A DNA stretch of 64,000 bases from Spirochaetia bacterium (GCA_965203905.1 CBDBDQ010000005.1:2368001-2432000); one strand, 5' to 3'. Positions 28,766 to 39,020 are shown, counted from the stretch's first letter. Numbers and translations: made by a program. Notes: generated by a model not told the origin, from the sequence alone.

Positions 28766-29981
28766 CAGGAGGTTCGCGGGCGCCGCCCCAGCTCCAAGCG
28801 GCGCGATCCAGCGCCGCCGGCTGCTGCCGCTCGCCATCGGTCACTTCTGCGTCGACTCCTACGCCGGCATGTTGGCGCCCATGGTGCCGTTGCTGCAGGA
28901 GCGCCTGCAGCTCAGCCTGGCGGCCGCCGGCACCGTCGGCGCGGTAGTCGCCTTCAGTGCCATGTCGCAGCCGCTGCTGGGCCTGCTCGGCGACCGCATG
29001 CGGCGGCGTTTGCTGGTGCCGCTGGGGGTGCTGCTGGCGGCGCTGTGCATGCCGCTGATGGGGGTGGCGCCGAACTACCCGCTGCTGCTCGTGGTGGTGA
29101 CCCTCGGCGGCCTCGGAGTGTCGGCGTTCCACCCGCAGTCGTTCGTGATCGCGGCCGATCTGAGCGGCCAGCGGCGAGCGTTCGGGATCGCCCTGTTCGT
29201 CTTTGCCGGCACGCTCGGTCTGGCCGTGACCCCGGTCTGGGTCACCTTCGTGGTGCAAGCCCGCGGCCCGGGGGTGCTGCCGCTGGCCTCCCTCGCGGGG
29301 GTAGCGGCAGCGCTGCTGATCTGGCGCCTGGTGCCGCTGGCCGCCGATCCCGGCCGCGACCGCAGTTGGCGCAGCGTGGGCGCACAGTTCGCCGCCAGCC
29401 TGCGACCGCTGGCCGCCATCCTCGCCGTGGTGGTCCTGCGCTCCATCGCCTTCCTCGGCTTCAACCTGTTCATCGCGGTGTTGTCGCTCGACCGCGGACT
29501 GACCCTGGGCGCCGGTGGCCTGGCGCTGTCGGTGTACAACCTCTCCGGCGTACTCGCCAGCCTGGGCCTGGGCAGGATCGCCGATCGCGTCGATCCCAAG
29601 CCGCTGATCTGCGGATCGCTGATTCTCTCGACACCGTTCCTGTGGGCCTACGCCGCGCTGCCGGGGCCGCTGAGCTTCGTCTGGCTGGCGCTGGGCGGGG
29701 CGCTGCTGGGTGCCACCACCTCGGTGATGGTGGCACTTGCCCAGCAGGCGGCGCCGGGGCTGCGGGCGCTGGCTTCCAGCCTGCCGCTGGGGCTGAGTTG
29801 GGGCCTGGCCAGCCTGACCCTGCCGCTGCTCGGCTGGATCGCCGATCAGGTCGGGGTCACCGCCATGCTGCGCGGCCTGGCCTGGCTGCCGCTGGTGGCC
29901 GCGGCGGTCATGCTGTTGCTGGTGCCTACCCGGCGCCCGGTGCCGCTGGTCGAACCAGCTCCTCCTGCAGGAAGCGGGTGA
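28743..29981 (+). CDS. MFS transporter (Fsr-like)
   Basis: GHFCVDSY, QPLLGLLGDR, GLGVSAFHP; about 12 hydrophobic segments. Confidence 0.9.
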   Translation: MGRLPLLSRRFAGAAPAPSGAIQRRRLLPLAIGHFCVDSYAGMLAPMVPLLQERLQLSLAAAGTVGAVVAFSAMSQPLLGLLGDRMRRRLLVPLGVLLAALCMPLMGVAPNYPLLLVVVTLGGLGVSAFHPQSFVIAADLSGQRRAFGIALFVFAGTLGLAVTPVWVTFVVQARGPGVLPLASLAGVAAALLIWRLVPLAADPGRDRSWRSVGAQFAASLRPLAAILAVVVLRSIAFLGFNLFIAVLSLDRGLTLGAGGLALSVYNLSGVLASLGLGRIADRVDPKPLICGSLILSTPFLWAYAALPGPLSFVWLALGGALLGATTSVMVALAQQAAPGLRALASSLPLGLSWGLASLTLPLLGWIADQVGVTAMLRGLAWLPLVAAAVMLLLVPTRRPVPLVEPAPPAGSG

Positions 29982-30825
29982 TGATGCCGGTGAGTGCCGG
30001 CACCGTATCCGGCGCCTGGATCGCTCCGGCCAGCTCGTGCAGCTCCGCCTCCGGGAACTCCACCAGCCGCTTGCGGGTGCTGCCGATCCGTTCGTAGGCG
30101 CGCTTGATGGCGGCGACCGAGACCACCCGGTCCTGCTCGGTATAGACCACCAGCACCGGGCAGCGGATCTGCTCCAGGGGCGTGCGCCGCCCCAGGCGCA
30201 CCGCCTGCATCATCGGTACCAGGGAACGCGAGTGGTGGCGGGTGGTCCAGTAGCGGTCCTCCTGCTCGCTGTTCCCGGAGAGATCGCGGTAGCGGCCCAC
30301 CAGCAGCCGCGCCAGCAGCGGACCGGCGGGCGACAACAGCAGGCTCACGCCGCGGTTGCGCGGCCAGAAGTTGGGCGACAGCAGCACCAGGGCCGCCGTC
30401 TCCGGGTGCCGCGCCACCCACCAGGCGGCCAGCGTGCAGCCGGTGGACATCGCCACCAGCACCACCCGACGGCCGATCACGGCGCCGATCCGGGCCGCCT
30501 CGGCCAGGTCCCGCTGCCAGTCGCCCAGGGTCACGGCGCCGATCGCATCCGCGCCCAGCCCGCCGCCGGTCAGACGGGCGCAGAACAGGTTGGCCTCAAG
30601 GCGCGCCGCCACCTGGTCCGGTACCGGTGCCACCGACTGGCGGCTGCCGGTGTAGCCGTGGATGAACACCAGGGCCAGATCGGTGCGGCAGGGGGCGCCG
30701 CCGTTCCATGCCACGAGCTTCTCGGTTCCCGGCGTGATCGGCCGCGCCGCCGCCGTTGCGGACTCCGCCTCCGCGGCGTTCAGCCAGGCTTCTACGGAAT
30801 CGGGTGCACGTGGCTCCTGGGGCAC
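29926..30825 (-). CDS. Alpha/beta hydrolase (lysophospholipase-like)
   Basis: VFIHGYTGS, nucleophile elbow AMSTG, DRVV, HELAG. Confidence 0.85.
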   Translation of the reverse strand: MPQEPRAPDSVEAWLNAAEAESATAAARPITPGTEKLVAWNGGAPCRTDLALVFIHGYTGSRQSVAPVPDQVAARLEANLFCARLTGGGLGADAIGAVTLGDWQRDLAEAARIGAVIGRRVVLVAMSTGCTLAAWWVARHPETAALVLLSPNFWPRNRGVSLLLSPAGPLLARLLVGRYRDLSGNSEQEDRYWTTRHHSRSLVPMMQAVRLGRRTPLEQIRCPVLVVYTEQDRVVSVAAIKRAYERIGSTRKRLVEFPEAELHELAGAIQAPDTVPALTGIITRFLQEELVRPAAPGAG

Positions 30826-30945
30826 GTGGGATGGTTTACCGTGCCGTCGAGACTCGCGCCAGGCATGGGCGGGCCCCTGCGGGACGCCGCGGCCGTTCCT
30901 CTGCCGACTCCGTCGCCGCCGTTCGCCCGCGGCCTGCGGTGTCCG

Positions 30946-31980
30946 TCACCCCGGATCCGAGCGCGGGTCCGTGGCGGCGACCCCGGAGTTGGTGGCGGCC
31001 GGTTCCTGCTCTGCCGGAGTTCCTTCGACATCGTCCGCGTGCACCCAGCCGAAGCTGCGGTAGCTGCCGCGCACCCGGACGTCGTACCAGCCGTCCACCT
31101 TGCCGGAGGCGAACAGCAGCTCGCCGCCCCGCAGGTGCAGCCTCACCGTCGACTCCCGGTCCCTGGCGGCGTGCAGCGGCGCTCCGCCGCGCGGCGTCCG
31201 CAGGACGATCGGCTCCACCGGCGGCAGGGTCTCCCAGCGGTCGAACGGGTCGCGCTGCTGCAGGTAGGCGAGGACGCCGGCGGCCAGCCCCTGCGCCGCC
31301 ACGGCGGTGTTCTTGCGCAGGAACGCACGGTCTACGGGGTTGCTGACGTAGCCCATCTCCAGGATCGCCGCCGGCGTCGTATCGGCGATGGCGTGGCGGT
31401 AGCGGTAGCCGTTGAAGGCGTAGTAGCCGCGCATGTTGTAGGTGACGCCGTTGAGGTCTTCCGGCAGCCCGGTCGTCTGCCCGTAGTGCCGGTGCAGGGC
31501 GGCCGCCAGCAGGCGGGAGGCGGGCGAGGCGCGCCACGGCGGCGAGACCTTGTAGCCGCGCGCCGAGGAGTCGTTGTTGCCGTCGGCGTGAACCGAGACG
31601 AAGGCGTCGGCGTCGAAGCCGGGCGGGATGGTGGCCGGCAGCAGCGTCACGTCTATCCCCTCCGCCTCCAGCAGGGCTGCCGCGGCACGGGCCACCACGA
31701 TGTTTATCTGCACCTCGGCTACGCCGGCGGCCCAGGCGCCGGTCGAGCCGTGCAGGCGGGACAGCTCCGCCGGCAGTTCCGCGGCATGCAGGTGACCGAC
31801 CTGGATACCTACCCGCCACGGCGCCCCGGCGCCGCGCACCGCCACCGCACGGGTGGGGTGCCACTGCGTAGCGGCACGCTGCGCCGCACGCGCCAGTGGC
31901 CGATTGGAGTTCAACATCACCCCCGCGGCAATGATCAAGCCCGCGGCTACGACCAGCAGGCTGCGCCCAGCAATACGCAT
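30946..31980 (-). CDS. N-acetylmuramoyl-L-alanine amidase (Amidase_3) with C-terminal SH3-like domain
   Basis: VGIQVGH, AEVQIN, FVSVHADG, AAILEMGYVSN; C-terminal GWYDV...GWVH. Confidence 0.85.
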   Translation of the reverse strand: MRIAGRSLLVVAAGLIIAAGVMLNSNRPLARAAQRAATQWHPTRAVAVRGAGAPWRVGIQVGHLHAAELPAELSRLHGSTGAWAAGVAEVQINIVVARAAAALLEAEGIDVTLLPATIPPGFDADAFVSVHADGNNDSSARGYKVSPPWRASPASRLLAAALHRHYGQTTGLPEDLNGVTYNMRGYYAFNGYRYRHAIADTTPAAILEMGYVSNPVDRAFLRKNTAVAAQGLAAGVLAYLQQRDPFDRWETLPPVEPIVLRTPRGGAPLHAARDRESTVRLHLRGGELLFASGKVDGWYDVRVRGSYRSFGWVHADDVEGTPAEQEPAATNSGVAATDPRSDPG

Positions 31981-32038
31981 AGGTCCGGACAATATAATTC
32001 AATGTCGGCCACTGCGCGCAAAATGCTATGCTGCCTCC

Positions 32039-33010
32039 GTGCATGCCATCGTCGTAGGACCTGGAGACAGCGCGCCGCTGGAATGGCGCCGGGTGGCGGA
32101 CCCCGAGCCGCAGCCGCACGAGGTGCTGGTGAGCATCCACGCCACCGCGGTCAATCGCGCTGACCTGATGCAACGCCGTGGCGGCTACGACCCGCCGCCG
32201 GGAGCCTCGCCGTACCTGGGACTGGAGATGGCCGGCACGGTCGTCGAGGTGGGGCCGCGGGCGCAGGGCTTCGCCGCCGGCGACCGCGTGTACTCGATTC
32301 TGCCCGGCGGCGGTTACGCCGAGGCGGTGGCGGCGGATCCCGCCTACCTGATGCCGCTGCCGGAGGCTCTGAGCTTCACCGAAGCGGGCGGGCTGCCGGA
32401 AGTGTTCCTCACCGCCTACGTCAACCTGTTCATGGAAGCCGGACTGGCCGCCGGCGAGACCGTGCTCATCCACGGCGGCGCCAGCGGTGTCGGCACCGCG
32501 GCCATCCAGCTCGCACGCCGGGCGGGCGCCACCGTGTGCGTGACGGCACGCTCGGAGGCCAAGCTGGAGGCCTGCCGCAAGCTCGGCGCGCAGGTCACGG
32601 CCAACCACGCCACCGAGGACTGGGCCGCGGTGATCGGCGCCGCCACCGGCGGCGTGGACGTGATCCTGGACTGCGTCGGCGCCGACTACCTGGAGCGCAA
32701 CCTGCAGCTCCTGCGCCTGCGCGGGCGCCTCGTGTTCATCGCCACCCTGGGCGGCAACGTCGCCGAGCTGCGAATCGGCGACCTGATGCGCAAGCGCCAG
32801 CGCCTCATCGGCTCCGTGCTGCGCTCCCGCAGCGCCGAGGAGAAGGCCGCCATCAGCGCCGGCTTCCAACGCGATTTCGGCGCCGCCGTAGCCGCCCGCG
32901 AAATCCTCCCGGTCATCCACACCGTCCTGCCCATCCAGCAGGCTGAGCAGGCCCACGCCCTGGTGCAGTGCTACGACAACATCGGCAAGGTGGTGCTCAA
33001 GGTCCGCTGA
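32039..33010 (+). CDS. NAD(P)H-quinone oxidoreductase (PIG3 family)
   Basis: AVNRADLMQRRG, LGLEMAG, LIHGGASGVG, NIGKVVL. Confidence 0.93.
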   Translation: MHAIVVGPGDSAPLEWRRVADPEPQPHEVLVSIHATAVNRADLMQRRGGYDPPPGASPYLGLEMAGTVVEVGPRAQGFAAGDRVYSILPGGGYAEAVAADPAYLMPLPEALSFTEAGGLPEVFLTAYVNLFMEAGLAAGETVLIHGGASGVGTAAIQLARRAGATVCVTARSEAKLEACRKLGAQVTANHATEDWAAVIGAATGGVDVILDCVGADYLERNLQLLRLRGRLVFIATLGGNVAELRIGDLMRKRQRLIGSVLRSRSAEEKAAISAGFQRDFGAAVAAREILPVIHTVLPIQQAEQAHALVQCYDNIGKVVLKVR

Positions 33011-33067
33011 CCGCGCTCCGCGTCCTACCACCGCGAGCAACCGTTCGAGAGTCGCTGGGGCACCGGT

Positions 33068-33304
33068 TCAATCGGCGGCGAGCGATGCCTCCAATTCGGG
33101 CGAAACGCTGATGTAGATGAACCGTTCCGACGGATACAGGTAGTCCTCTCCGCTTTCGTCGATTACCCTAGTGTCGCCCTCGGCACAGGCACCCGCATCC
33201 TCGATCACGCGGTAGATCTTGTGCTTTTCGAGCGATGCAGCGTAGTCCGAGTTATCGATACACACCACATAATCGTTTTGCGCTCCCCTGTTCGCCTGTT
33301 TCAT
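33068..33304 (-). CDS. Small acidic hypothetical protein (possible immunity/antitoxin)
   Basis: 78 aa; SLEKHKIYRV...RVIDESGEDYLYPSERF; 3 bp from upstream gene. Confidence 0.7.
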   Translation of the reverse strand: MKQANRGAQNDYVVCIDNSDYAASLEKHKIYRVIEDAGACAEGDTRVIDESGEDYLYPSERFIYISVSPELEASLAAD

Positions 33305-33307
33305 GCC

Positions 33308-33544
33308 TCAATCCAGATATCGCTTACGCTTGAATTCGAACCTACCAACGCCGTGGCCCTCATACCAGTGAAGTTCCGCGATTCGATAGTCCCCGTTGCG
33401 TAGCCGAATCGTCGCGGTCCCTTTCAGCTTCCTCCAGTTGGCTCGGCCGTAGACTCGGTTGAGTCGGTGCAACTCTCGAATGCCTCGGCCTCTCGTGATC
33501 GTTTCCACGTCCGTGATCTCGCCCGCGATTTCGAAATCGGCCAT
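33308..33544 (-). CDS. Small hypothetical protein with basic C-terminal half (possible nuclease toxin)
   Basis: 78 aa; WRKLKG...AELHWYEGHGVGRFEFKRK; AAGGGG RBS. Confidence 0.7.
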   Translation of the reverse strand: MADFEIAGEITDVETITRGRGIRELHRLNRVYGRANWRKLKGTATIRLRNGDYRIAELHWYEGHGVGRFEFKRKRYLD

Positions 33545-34059
33545 TGCCCCTTATCGTTCTCTTCCATATTATGCGCGGCGGCGTCGCGAATGTCACATCG
33601 TGGAGCGGCCGGTATGCCGGATGAGGCGGCCTGCGAGGTCGGCGAGCAGTGCACCGCCGGCGGGCCAACGACGTAGATCTACTGCGAAGCCTCTGCAATC
33701 TCCCGCGGCTGCGGGGATCGACGAGTGCTTGCAGGAGCCGGCGAGGTGGCGAGTATGCGCTTGAACCGGCGCGGATCACCCCACGATCCTGTGCCGCGGC
33801 GGCCATCTGCCCACTCAGTTCAGCTTGCACCCCGCATGCACCCTACTTGCACCCCGGTTCGCTCCCGCGCCACCGGCGGGACGCGTACTCAACAACTCGT
33901 ACAGGGTGGCCTCCTGCGGCATTACGCCCATCATGTCCGCTCCCGGTCTTGGAACCAGGAGAGCAAGCGCTTCTCGTGATGTCGGGGCGGTTACGGTCGA
34001 CAGCCGCAACCGCCCGATGGTACGTGGTAGGATCGTATGCCCGGAGTGCGGACGCAGCG

Positions 34060-35340
34060 ATGACAGGGAGCAGCTCACCGAGGCCGAGTTCGAGCGGTGC
34101 GACGGGCGGCGGCCAGCCTGCGCTCGACGTCTTCGCACTGCGTGACAGCGTCGTCGCCGAGTACGAGCGCTTCGCCACGTCGTTCACGACGATCCACGCT
34201 CCGGACATTCGCCAGCAGGTTGCGGCCATCTACGCGGAGAGCCGCTACTGGCCCGAGCCGCTGATCCAGATCAACCCGAGCTACAAGCGCTCGAAGGATG
34301 TCAGCACCCTCGTTGCGGACCGAGTCCTACATCCCGGCTGCGCCGACATCTTCTGCGCGGACGGTCAGCCGCTGTCGCTCTACAAGCACCAGGAACAGGC
34401 GATCGCGCTCGCCGCCGAGGGGGAGAGCTTCGTGGTGACCACCGGGGTACCGGGTCCGGGAAGTCGCTCTGCTTCTTCATCCCCATCGTCAGCCACGTGC
34501 TGGCCGCACGGCGGAGGAGTGCGCAACGCCGCACCCATGCCATCGTCGTCTACCCGATGAACGCGCTCGCGAACTCGCAGATGGAGGAGCTGAGCAAGTT
34601 CATCGACCAGTGCCGGGGGGCCGGCCGGTCACGTTCGCCCGCTACACGGGGCAGGAGGACATGGACGAGCGGAGGCGGGTGGCAGACGACCCACCGGACA
34701 TTCTCCTGACCAACTTCATGATGCTTGAGCTGCTCATGACGCGGCAGGAGGAACTCGACCGCCAGGTCATCGGCAACTGTGCGGGCCTCGGCTTCCTCGT
34801 CCTGGACGAGCTCCACACGTACCGCGGCCGCCAGGGTGCCGACGTGGCGCTGCTGGTGCGCCGTGTCCGTGAGCGCCTCCAGCCGGAGAAGCTCCTGTGC
34901 ATCGGCACCTCGGCCACGATGGCGAGCGAAGGATCGATCAAGGACAAGAGTGCCGTGGTCGCAGGCGTGGCTTCGAAGCTCTTCGGGGTCCCCATCGCCG
35001 AAAGCAACGTGATCGCCGAAACGCTCGAACGCATCACGGTTCCGTCCGCCACCGCTGATTCGGTGAAGCCCCACCTTGGTACGGCCATCCCGCTGTAGCG
35101 CCCCAGTACACCGGACGGGACGCTTGCTCCGACGCCACCGTGGCATCGCCCGCTGAGCGCTTCGACAACGCGTTCCCTCGCTGGCGAGACCTCTTTGCCG
35201 CCGCCGAAAAGCAACGCGACGCCGTGCACAGGTCCATGGACGAACTCGTCTACACGCCTGACAGCCTCGTCAGCGCACGCGACCGGGGAGTGGGTGGCCC
35301 TCACCGGGGCTCAACGGAGACCCTGCAGGTCCGTCCGTGA
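34060..35340 (+). pseudogene. SF2 DEAD/DEAH helicase (DrmA/DruE/MrfA-like), frameshifted and truncated
   Basis: LYKHQEQAI, TGSGKS (frameshift about 34445), YPMNALANSQ, frameshift about 34615, DILLTN, LVLDELHTYRGRQG, IGTSATM; C-terminal majority missing. Confidence 0.85.
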
Positions 35341-35368
35341 CGGGAACACTATCACCGAGGAGGGCAAC

Positions 35369-36613
35369 ATGAACGCATTCCGGCTCCAGGAAATCGACGT
35401 ACGCAACTACCGTTGTTTCGAGGAACTGAAGTTACGACTCGAGGAGGACACCACGGTTCTCTTCGCCGAGAACGGCGGCGGAAAGACCGCGTTGCTCAAG
35501 GCCATCGCGATGGGGCTCGCCGTGTTCCAACGCGGCGCACCGAGGCCCCTGAAACTCGACGCACGGCGTGATCCCACAATGCGTACGCTCGACGAGAAGG
35601 GGCGACACGAGCCGGTCGGCCCGTGCAGGATTACGTGGACTGCCGCCGTCGGCGAATCGGATTCCGTCACATGGTCAACGGCAGCTCATCCCGCGTCCGG
35701 CCGCACGACGACCCAGCGCCAACCGATTCTTGAGGCGCTGGAGGGAGTTCGAGTGCCTGGAAATCGGTGGCCGTTGTTCGCGTGGTACGGTGTTGATCGC
35801 TTGGTGCGGACCCGCGGACGCCGTCGCAAGGTCGAACGCACGGGAGACCGATGGGAAGCGTACGCCTCCGCGCTCGACCCGAACCTCGACGAAGCTTCGC
35901 TACTTCAGTGGCTCCAGGACGAGATGCTCGGGGACGTGGTCCGGAGGCAGCAGGAAGAACCGGAGCGCTTTCTCGATAAGGCCGTGATGGATGCAACGGT
36001 CCGCGCCACGCCGTGCGTCGCCAATGCCTGGTACGACCCGGTGGAGCGAATGCCAAGGGTGGGCTTCGTCGACGGGCATGTGACTACGTGGTCCGAGCTG
36101 TCCGACGGCTACCACGTATTCATCGCTCTGGTCGCCGACATCGCCCGGCGCGCGGTCATGCTCAACGAGTTCGACGGTGCCGCCGCACCCGCGCGAGTAG
36201 ATGGCGTTGTGCTCATCGACACGCTCGACCTCCACCTCCACCCACGTTGGCAGCGCGTGGCGCTTCCACATCTTCGCGAGGCATTCCCGCGACTGCAGAT
36301 AGTCGTCACTACCCATTCGCCGCAGCTACTGAGTAGCGTCGAGAACCGCCAAGTACGCCGACTCTTCGACGGAAAGCTCCAGGAGTACCCCGTGTTGGTT
36401 GAGGGCAGAGACACAAACGCCATCCTGCGCGAGTACATGCGCACCGAGGACCGCAGCGCGGAGGGTACACGCGCGTTGCGCGCGCTCCACGACTACATTG
36501 ACCAGGGTCGCCGCGAGGAAGCCGAGGATCTGTACAAGGATCTACTTGCTCGTTGGGGCGACCTCGATCCCGCCTTGATTCAAGCCCACGCGTTCATGGA
36601 CTTGGACGAATAA
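35369..36613 (+). CDS. AAA_15/21 ABC-type ATPase (Septu/retron PtuA-like)
   Basis: RNYRCF, Walker A AENGGGKT, signature LSDGY, LIDTLDLHLHPRWQ, VTTHSPQ; GAGGAGG RBS. Confidence 0.85.
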   Translation: MNAFRLQEIDVRNYRCFEELKLRLEEDTTVLFAENGGGKTALLKAIAMGLAVFQRGAPRPLKLDARRDPTMRTLDEKGRHEPVGPCRITWTAAVGESDSVTWSTAAHPASGRTTTQRQPILEALEGVRVPGNRWPLFAWYGVDRLVRTRGRRRKVERTGDRWEAYASALDPNLDEASLLQWLQDEMLGDVVRRQQEEPERFLDKAVMDATVRATPCVANAWYDPVERMPRVGFVDGHVTTWSELSDGYHVFIALVADIARRAVMLNEFDGAAAPARVDGVVLIDTLDLHLHPRWQRVALPHLREAFPRLQIVVTTHSPQLLSSVENRQVRRLFDGKLQEYPVLVEGRDTNAILREYMRTEDRSAEGTRALRALHDYIDQGRREEAEDLYKDLLARWGDLDPALIQAHAFMDLDE

Positions 36614-36614
36614 G

Positions 36615-36773
36615 GTGCGCGGTGTCTCGAAGCCCAGGCCTCCAAGTGAGATGATGTCAATCCTAAGGGCCCGCGCTTGCAGAAGCTACTTCAAGAAACA
36701 AGACCGCTACCAGGGACGAACCCGAAACAGCGGCCACCCAACTCCTCGGCAGGGTAGCTTCCTCCGTTCGTGA
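36615..36773 (+). pseudogene. Short stub where the partner HNH nuclease (PtuB-like) would be
   Basis: GTG 1 bp after ATPase stop, MRGVSKPRPP start, no HNH motif. Confidence 0.35.
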
Positions 36774-36799
36774 GCATCCGGGTCGCGTGGCTGTGAAGA

Positions 36800-37134
36800 G
36801 ACCGGACGAAGTCGGTGATGCTGACGGCCGTCACGATCACCCGTGACGACGATGATGGCGCCATCGCGCATCTCATCCGCGTGGCGTTCAATCAAGGTCC
36901 GCATGGCTTCGGCACGCTCCTTCGGTGTCATCTCGACGAGACGAACGATGCCAGGGTGCGGCCGGCCCCGCAGGAAGACGAGCACCCGATTTTTCCTCGC
37001 GGGCGAGTGCCAGCAGTGCTTCGTCCGAGGCGTTCGGGAAGCGCTCGCGGGCGGGACAGGACGTCGTGCCCGAGGTCCGCCAGGGCCGCGCGGAGCGGCC
37101 GCGAGTCCGCGCACACGTCGAGCAGGAACTTCAC
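36800..37134 (-). pseudogene. DUF5615 PIN-like toxin, frameshifted
   Basis: MKFLLDVC...LGHDV / ASDEALLALAREE / RVLV...PHPGIVRL across three frames; the acidic T-x-D-x-D-F segment is absent; left boundary approximate. Confidence 0.7.
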
Positions 37135-37388
37135 GAAGCCCCGCGAACCACGACGCGATCATGCACATGTTCGCCTGCCAGCGAGCGGTGCGCGAACAGA
37201 AGGCAGGCCCGGATGTCGTCCGGTTCAAGGAACGGGTAGTCCTCGAGAAGGTTCTCGACGGTCTCGCCCGCCGCCAGATTGGCCAGCACGTGCTCCACGG
37301 CGATCCGCATGTCGCGGATGATCGGCTTGCCGCCGAAAACGTCGGGGCGCACGGTAATGCGGTCCAGCAGTTCGTCTTCTCGAATCAG
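37131..37388 (-). CDS. DUF433 antitoxin (start codon uncertain, CTG after GAGGAG)
   Basis: RITVRPDVFGGKPIIRDMRIAVEHVL...LLEDYPFLEPDDIRACL. Confidence 0.85.
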   Translation of the reverse strand: MIREDELLDRITVRPDVFGGKPIIRDMRIAVEHVLANLAAGETVENLLEDYPFLEPDDIRACLLFAHRSLAGEHVHDRVVVRGAS

Positions 37389-37465
37389 GGGTCTCTCCTC
37401 GGTTCGATTTCTCGGCGCTCGGCCAGTCGCACAGATGACAAACAGCGCTGTTCTCGGACACTGGG

Positions 37466-37880
37466 TCACCGCCGGGACGCCCAGAGATGGCGAGTGTTCA
37501 GTGCACAGGCATGCTCTGGGATCCACCCGTGGTCGCGCAAATCGTCCCAGAACGTGGATGAGACGATCAGCGCGAACTGTTTGAGGCTATCCAGAAGGTC
37601 CGTCATGATGCAACTCAGCGCCGGGTGCGTCAGTGGGAACTGGCAGGCGGCGGCTTTCAGGCACACCGAGTGCCTGCGCGTCAACGCCTTCAGGCGCTGG
37701 ACAGCGGCGGTCGGCAACAGGAGGCCGCGATGGGTACCAGCATCACCGGTGAGGGACTCGGCATCGCGTCGATCACCGTCTGGGGGGTCCTGGACCGAAT
37801 CGGCGCCTCCCTCACGGCCCGGGAGGGCCTCGCCGAGCGGTTCCTCGATCTTCTCGTTCCGTAACACCGGGGTCATGACC
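37466..37880 (-). pseudogene. Degenerate aldo/keto reductase remnant
   Basis: EEPLGEAL and LKAAACQFPLTHPA...FWDDLRDHGWI resemble AKR N- and C-terminal segments with the middle missing. Confidence 0.4.
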
Positions 37881-38055
37881 GTCAACCCGTGGACCGCCGC
37901 GCCCGCGGGGCCGCAATGAGGACCGTTCGGATCATGCCGACCCCGATCACACGGAGCGCCGGAATCGGTGCTCACGGCCACACCAGGATTGAAGGTCGCT
38001 CCGAATTGCCATCACGCAGGCCGTCCGATACGATCCGTGACCGGCGGGAGTTGGG

Positions 38056-39015
38056 ATGAGCGAGGAGATGATGGTCGCCACGGAGCGTGCCAAACGCGGC
38101 ACCGGCACGCGCGGCACGTTTCTCAAGGAGGTGTACCGGCACCGCGAGTACCTGCTGCTGCTGCTGCCGGCGCTGGTGATCTTCGTGCTGTTCCGCTACA
38201 TCCCGATGGCCGGGATCGTCATCGCCTTCAAGAAGTACACCATCGCCGGCGGCCTGTTCGGCAGCCCGTGGGTCGGGTTCACCTACTTCGAGCGGCTGTT
38301 CGACTCCGAGAAGTTCTACCAGGTGCTGTGGAACTCGATCCGCATCAGCTTCCTGAAGATCGCCATCGGCTTCCCGGGGCCGATCATCTTCGCCCTGCTG
38401 CTCAACGAGGTGCGCCAGGTCGCCTGGAAGAAGTCGTTCCAGACCATCAGCTACCTGCCGCACTTCGTCTCCTGGGTGGTGGTCGGCGGCATCGTGCGCG
38501 ACGTGCTGTCGGTGCACGGCGTGGTCAACGGCATGATCGGATTCTTCGGCGCCGAGCCGCGGCTGTTCCTGCAGGAGATGCACTCGTTCCTGCCGATCGT
38601 CATCACCTCCATGATCTGGAAGAACATCGGCTGGGGCTCGATCATCTACCTGGCGGCGATCACCAGCATCGATCCCGACCTGTACGAGGCCGCCGAGATC
38701 GATGGCGCGGGGCGGGTGCGGCGCATGTGGCACATCACCCTGCCGTCGATCACGCACGTCATCATCATCCTGTTCCTGCTGCGCATCGGGAACATCCTGG
38801 AGGCCGGCTTCGACCAGATCTTCAACCTCTACAACCCGCTGGTGTACGACGTCGCCGACATCATCGACACCTACGTGTACCGCGAAGGGATCAGCGGCTT
38901 CCAGTACAGCCTGACGGCGGCGGCCAGCCTGTTCCAGAACGTGGTCGGGCTGATGCTGCTGCTGCTGGTCAACGTGGTGACCCGGCGCATGCAGGCCGAC
39001 TACTCGGTGGTATAG
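38056..39015 (+). CDS. Sugar ABC transporter permease (LplB-like)
   Basis: FQTISYLPHFVSWVV, EAA motif LYEAAEIDGA...HITLP. Confidence 0.93.
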   Translation: MSEEMMVATERAKRGTGTRGTFLKEVYRHREYLLLLLPALVIFVLFRYIPMAGIVIAFKKYTIAGGLFGSPWVGFTYFERLFDSEKFYQVLWNSIRISFLKIAIGFPGPIIFALLLNEVRQVAWKKSFQTISYLPHFVSWVVVGGIVRDVLSVHGVVNGMIGFFGAEPRLFLQEMHSFLPIVITSMIWKNIGWGSIIYLAAITSIDPDLYEAAEIDGAGRVRRMWHITLPSITHVIIILFLLRIGNILEAGFDQIFNLYNPLVYDVADIIDTYVYREGISGFQYSLTAAASLFQNVVGLMLLLLVNVVTRRMQADYSVV

Positions 39016-39020
39016 CAGCC

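Noticed and set aside
25745-28837. 1030-aa minus-strand ORF
   Set aside because: Antisense shadow of the sulfatase and orphan genes; only the last 78 aa (glutaredoxin) are credible
35369-36773. Retron system
   Set aside because: No reverse transcriptase or msr-msd structure near the PtuA-like ATPase
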